DNA from: the human T2T-CHM13v2.0 reference genome, Homo sapiens
Strand: one strand, 5' to 3'
DNA length: 64,000 nt
Assembly: GCF_009914755.1 (NCBI RefSeq)
Contig: NC_060939.1
The notes under the pieces are model-generated. The model saw only the letters and a list, made by a program, of their open reading frames with translations, was not told the DNA's origin and did no database searches. The position numbers and the translations under genes were made by a program. Shown in pieces: positions 58,471 through 64,000 of this stretch (position 1 is the first letter of the stretch; the number at the start of each line of letters is the position of its first letter).

Positions 58471-59472
58471 CTACTCATTGAATGAAACCGAATGATTTAG
58501 TTTTCCCCAAATTAATACTGCCTGCCTGCGCACCCCTGGCTGTCCTGGCCGGCACATCCCCCGGTCCTGCCCTCCCTTGGGTCAGCACCGCCTCCTGTGT
58601 CTCAGGTGTCTCTGGCTGTGCCCTGTGGCGTGCTCATGTCCTGATCTTGTGGGAGGCTGGCTCCTCTGCTCCAGTGGCTGCCTTCCTAGAGGAGACCAGC
58701 TTGTTTGTCACCTCTCCTGATGCCCAGAGCAGCAGCCCACGGGGGAAGTCCTGCTTCCTCCCTTCGCTGTCTGCCCTTCCCCACAGGTTGTTTTGTCTCA
58801 GTGCTGATATCTCCCCAGCTAGAAGAGGAGACCCTCAAAGGTGCACAGGTGGATTTGATTATAATGCAGGTGAATATTAAATGCGTTTTGGTGAAACACT
58901 CAACCACTACATACATCTTTAATAAAGTAAAATGTCCAGGCCCCCTCTGCTCCCACCTCTCTCTCCCCTCCCACCTCTCTCCCCCCTCCCACCTCTCTCC
59001 CCCCTCCCCTCCCCAGAGGATGTGGCTGACAAGCCTTTGAGGGGTTTCCCCTTTCTGTGTGCCTTTGCGTGTATGTATGGGCTGGGCGGTGTGTGTATTC
59101 TCTAGACATCTTGACGGACCTGTAACTGGGATCTACACACGTGCGCTTGCTGTAGCTCACTTGCCATTTTCCCTCAAAAATAGGCCTGTAAAATCCCTCA
59201 CTGTAGTACGTGTTGCCCTGCCTCTTTAAAAATGCCACCAACTCTTCCAGCACGTGAACTCTGCCGTCATTTTTTTAAACATTCTCTTATTTATGGGTAC
59301 TTAGGTTGTTTCCAGTTTTTTAAGAGATTGCGGCAATGAAAATCTTCAGCTATCATTTTTCACAGTGCTGTGGGAGAACGTGGTTGGAGGTGCTGTGGCG
59401 GTGGAGTGGCCCCACACGTGGCCAGGCTTTGTGGGGTTCTGACTCTGTCCTTGCCAATGTTCCTCCACACAG

Positions 59473-60505
59473 TGGCTGCCTCTGGGGAATGATGGCTGTG
59501 TGAGCGCCCGCCATGCCCCACCAGAAGAGTCTACCATGGCCCACCGGAAGCGTCTACCATGGCCCACCAGAAGCGTCAGAGCGCGGGGAGCAGCATGTTG
59601 GACCACAGGGCAAGGCCGGGTCCTGTCCCCCACCACCAGGAGCCCGAGAGCGAGGACGTGGAGCTGCCCTTGGAGGACTATGTGCCCGAGGGCCTGGAGC
59701 TGGTCACCCTGCGGCCAGAGAGCCCCACGCCCAAGAAGCAGGAGTGCCACAACCACAGCCCCGATGGGGACTCCAGTTCCGACTACGTGAACGACACCTC
59801 TGAGGAGGACGACTATGATGAGGGCCTCCCTGAGGAGGAGGAGGGCATCCCCTACTACATCCGCTACTGCCCTGAGGACGAAAGCTACCTGGAGGGCATG
59901 GACTGCAATGGGGAGGTGTACCTGGCCCACGGCGCGCATCCTATGGACACTGACGGGTGCCAGGATGCAGTGGACTGGACGGCCTGGGCGGGCCTGCACC
60001 CCCATGGTCACGGGGCTAAAGGTAGCCAGGACTACCCTGATGGCCAACTGCCCATCACGGAGGATGTGTCCTCCGTCCTGGAGGCCCACGACCAGGAAGA
60101 AGACGGTCACTACTGTCCCAGCAAAGAGGGCTACCAGGACTACTACCCTGTGGAGGCTAACGGGAACACCAGCGCTTCTGCCTACCCCCTGAGGTGCGGG
60201 GACGGGGACCTGGAGGACCAGGAGGAGGACATCGACCAGATCGTGGCAGAGATCAAGATAAGCCTGAGTATGACCAGCATCACCAGCACCAGTGAGGCCA
60301 TCCCCGAGCATGGACCTGAGCCAGGGCCTGCGGACTCTGCAGAGGGCTGCCCACCCATCAAGGCCAGCTGCAGCCCCAGCAGGCAAGAGGCGAGGCCCAA
60401 GTCGCTGAACCTCCTTCCCGAGGCCAAGCACCCCGGAGACCCCCAGAGAGGCTTCAAGTCCAAGACCAGACCCCAGAAGAGAGGCTGAAGTGGCCTCACG
60501 AGCAG
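59473..60505 (+). pseudogene. APBA2: Duplicated first coding exon of APBA2 (Mint2/X11L), with a 309-aa ORF at 59559-60488 truncated by a late frameshift
   Basis: [28 protein letters not shown]…[12 protein letters not shown]…[11 protein letters not shown] matches the recalled APBA2 N-terminus. Acceptor CACACAG at 59472 and donor CAG|GTAGG at 60505. The native frame …[12 protein letters not shown] is recoverable with one extra nucleotide. Confidence 0.9.
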
Positions 60506-61332
60506 GTAGGACTCTAGCTGTCCCGGGGAAGGGAGCAGAGGGGCCCTAGAGCAAGGGACCTCAGGGTACAGGCCTCGCAGATGCTGAAGCGAGGAGGTGG
60601 GCAGTACTGGGTGCCTTACAGTTCTAATGGTGGCTGAGCTCTTCATTGGTCCAGTTGGGAGACATGTTGCGTGGATGCTCCGGCCACTCTTAAGCTCACC
60701 GCTCAGACTCAGGACTAAAGCCGGTTGAGGGCTGAGGGGCAACTCGTGTGTCGCAGAAGACACCCCTCCTCCCACCCTAGAAGACAGGTTCAATTTCTTG
60801 CCCACTGCCCTGGGTCTGCTCATGGTGGGGCAGTATGTGTGGGAGAGCCCCTCAATCCTCAGGGGTGTACTCAGACCAGCAGGGCAGTGGCAAAGACGTG
60901 GGGGTGCTGGTGCTCACCCACTGCTGCGGCCAGTGTTGGGTGGCCTGGTGGCTGGGGTCGGGGCCAGAGTGCATTTCACAATGGACGGGTGTCTGAAAGC
61001 TGGGGGGCCTTGGCCTGACGGGCAATCAGCTGTGAATACCTATTTGGAAAAGGATTTTTTGACGGTGTGACAAAACCTCGGGGAAGAAACGCATGCTAAT
61101 GAGGGCAGTGGATGTCAGCATAACTGTATTTTAATTATAGCAAAGTCAGCGTGCATTCTAATAAACACATTTGAAAAGCCGCCTTCCAAAAAAAAGCCTC
61201 ACTGTGAGTATATATTATAGAAGATGTGATTATTGGACTCGGGTGAAGGAACTTCTATTTGGCCAATTATGTGGACTGCTTTCATATTTTTTAAAGCTTT
61301 AACTACTATTTTTTTCTGAGAAGAATTCATGA

Positions 61333-61333
<1 letters not shown>

Positions 61334-61371
<38 letters not shown>

Positions 61372-61376
61372 TGTGT
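61334..61376. repeat. (TG)n microsatellite
   Basis: Seen directly. Confidence 0.97.
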
Positions 61377-61846
61377 ACTGAGAGCTTGGGTTTGGAATGG
61401 AAATCATATTGACTCCTGGATTTTCAGCACTTGTATCTTAATGTCTTGTCTTCTCTCTAGAACACATTGTGTCAGTTGACTTCACTTTGGGGCTGTTCCT
61501 GTCATTCACAGCAATTCTGTGTTTACAGGGGGCTGTGGGATGCATAGGAAGTCCTATGGTGATGGCAGGCATGGGAATTTTACCCCAAGGGACTATGGTA
61601 ATAGGGGGCTGACCAAGAATAACTCCTAATCCTATGTCACATAATACCATGAGCAGCTCAGGAAAACTACGCACAACTCAGACATGTGCAGAAAGGAGAT
61701 GTGGAATGAAATGGAGCCCCCTGGCCTGATAGAGGCCTCCAAGACCTGCCACACCCACGTCTGCCCCCAACTCCCCAGTCAACCTTCAGAGAAGAGAAGG
61801 TGATCTCTCTCCAGCTGAGACCAAGCCAAGGCCCAAACTGTTGTAG

Positions 61847-62238
<392 letters not shown>

Positions 62239-62734
62239 TGAAGAGACACTGGGCCTTTTAAGAGACACTGGGTGCTGACTCACTTCTGGGTCTGCCCCAT
62301 GGGTGGCCCACCGGGTCTGCTCTGGGTGCAGCCAGGCTGTGCACGTCAGGGAGCCTGAGCTGGACTTAAGGTGGGGAGACATCACTCCCCAAGAGCTGCT
62401 CGGGTGCGACATCAGGGTGGAGGCTGTTGCTGTGTGTGGCGGCATCACTCATTTACCCTCGTCTCATCAGCCTCTGTCCTTCGGCTCATCTGCTTGCAGG
62501 TGGCCTCTGATTCTGCCTCTGGAGCCTGTCTGCCCCCTCTTGATTCATTCATTGGGTCCCAAATATGTGAACAATAGCATGCTAGCCACTTTTAGAAATA
62601 TTTGTGTTCATCTTCAAGAGAGGGGGGTCATCCAGCCATTCCCCAGCCCTCAAAACCCACTCCACAGACAAAGCAGTGGCGGGTCAGGGCTCCTCTTGCT
62701 CTTCTGAGCCGCTGGCATAGCGAACACGGTACAA

Positions 62735-63140
62735 AATAAAAGGATTTCACATGCAATAGAATTTCATTCACCCTGAAAAGGGAAGGAAATTCTGACACAG
62801 GCTACAATATGGATAAACCTTGAGGACATCCTGCTAGAGCCAGTCACAAAAGGACAAGTACTGTGTCATTCCACTTCTCTGAGGCACCCACAGTAGAGTC
62901 ACAGAGACAGGAAGTAGAATGCGGGTGGCCAGGGGCTGGAGAGAGCAGGGAGTGGGGAGCTGGTGTTTAATGGGTGCAGAGGTTCTGTTGTGAAGATGGA
63001 AAAGTTCTGGAGATGCATGGTGGTGAAGACGGCACAACAGTGTGAATGTACTTAATGCCACTGAACTCTACACCTAAAAATGGTTAAGATGATAAATTTT
63101 ACATTATGTATATTTACCACAATAAAAGAAATAAGAAATA
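62735..63140 (+). mobile_element. L1MB-type 3' end
   Basis: AAAAGGGAAGGAAATTCTGACAC…GAATGTACTTAATGCCACTGAACT…TTTACCACAATAAAA. Confidence 0.85.
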
Positions 63141-63230
63141 AAAGGTTTTTGGATGATGAACGGGCTCGAGCCAATTTGGACCCTCTAAAGCTAAGTTGAG
63201 CCAGGCTGAACCCATGTAGCCAGAATCATA

Positions 63231-63515
63231 CTGGATTAGGCTGTTCTAGCACTTCACGTGGTGAGAATGGGGGAGAGAGAGAGAGATTGATTGATCAGGG
63301 GGCTGTGCAGGGGGCGTGCTACACACTTGTAAACAGCCAGATCTCTTGTGAACTCAGAGCAAGAGTTCACCTATCACCAAGAGGATGGCCCAAGTCATTC
63401 ATGAGAGATTTGCCCCATGATCCAGACACTTACCTCCCACCAGGCCCCACCACCAGCATTGGGGATTGCATTTCAATATGAGATTGAGGTGGGGACAAAT
63501 ATCCAAACTGTATCA
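63231..63515. mobile_element. MaLR (MST-like) LTR fragment
   Basis: …CCTCCCACCAGGCCCCACC…TTTCAATATGAGATTGAGGTGGGGACAAATATCCAAACTGTATCA, the typical MST LTR end. Confidence 0.85.
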
Positions 63516-64000
63516 CCCACAAAGAAGCAAAAACATTTTGGGCCAAATCAAAACTATTTTGATGTAGCCACAGTAGGGATGAGCTGTGATTACACCCATT
63601 CAGGCCTGTGGACCTGCGGACCTGGCGTGTGTGGTCGTGGGGCGGTGCGTGGGCACATCCCTGGGAGGTTTCAGGAGGACATTCAAGACCAAAATGAGCC
63701 ATGAGTAAATAATACAACCACATCCTGAGTGGGAGTGGGGGAGCCTCCCCTTCTCTCCTAGGTCTTGTATGGGTCATGATCCCACCTTGGCAGGAGTGGA
63801 AGGAACACAGATCCTACAGGCTGTGGCTTATAGTAAAGTGACTGTGGTCATGCCTTGTGAGTGTCATTAAAATAAACAGATATCGTTAAATCCACTATCA
63901 AATAACAGCGATTTCTGCTATCCTTTCACCTTTTCCACAAGTTTAAATATCCCAGATATTCTACTGTGTATATTCCTAAAAGTAGACAGGTAGATTTAGT

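Noticed and set aside
57987-58495. His/Thr/Pro-rich ORFs of 136-164 aa
   Set aside because: Artefacts of a CA-rich low-complexity repeat.
58940-59012. 18-bp polypyrimidine repeat x3 (possible H-DNA or G-quadruplex)
   Set aside because: Ordinary short intronic tandem repeat with nothing pointing to function.
59346-60431. 361-aa ORF on the - strand
   Set aside because: Antisense shadow of the GC-rich APBA2 exon; no independent homology recognised.

Overview
Primate (hominid-like) nuclear DNA, not microbial. The window reads as a chromosome-15-type GOLGA core-duplicon mosaic, most like the 15q14 GOLGA8B locus. In order: (1) the 3' end of an FSCN1 processed pseudogene, then about 10 kb of old L1/L2-rich DNA; (2) the CpG-island exon 1 and intron 1 of a UBE2Q2 pseudogene (- strand); (3) a 3'-partial DNM1 pseudogene (+) lying tail-to-tail with an apparently intact 17-coding-exon GOLGA8A/B-type golgin gene (-, about 611 aa) that hosts the miR-1233 mirtron; (4) an old COX3/tRNA-Gly NUMT; (5) downstream UBE2Q2 exons placed upstream of the golgin, i.e. 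in permuted order; (6) a duplicated first coding exon of APBA2 (Mint2). The most notable signals are a 5'-inverted (twin-primed) retro-insertion that built the golgin 3' UTR, a triplicated start-codon cassette ahead of a 309-aa truncated Mint2 ORF, an intact golgin exon 3 that I recall being deleted in human GOLGA8A/B, and the permuted UBE2Q2 gene. Gene identities come from recalled protein and mRNA sequences, not database searches. Exon boundaries were read by eye and repeat boundaries are approximate. I see no evidence for a wholly new biological system.
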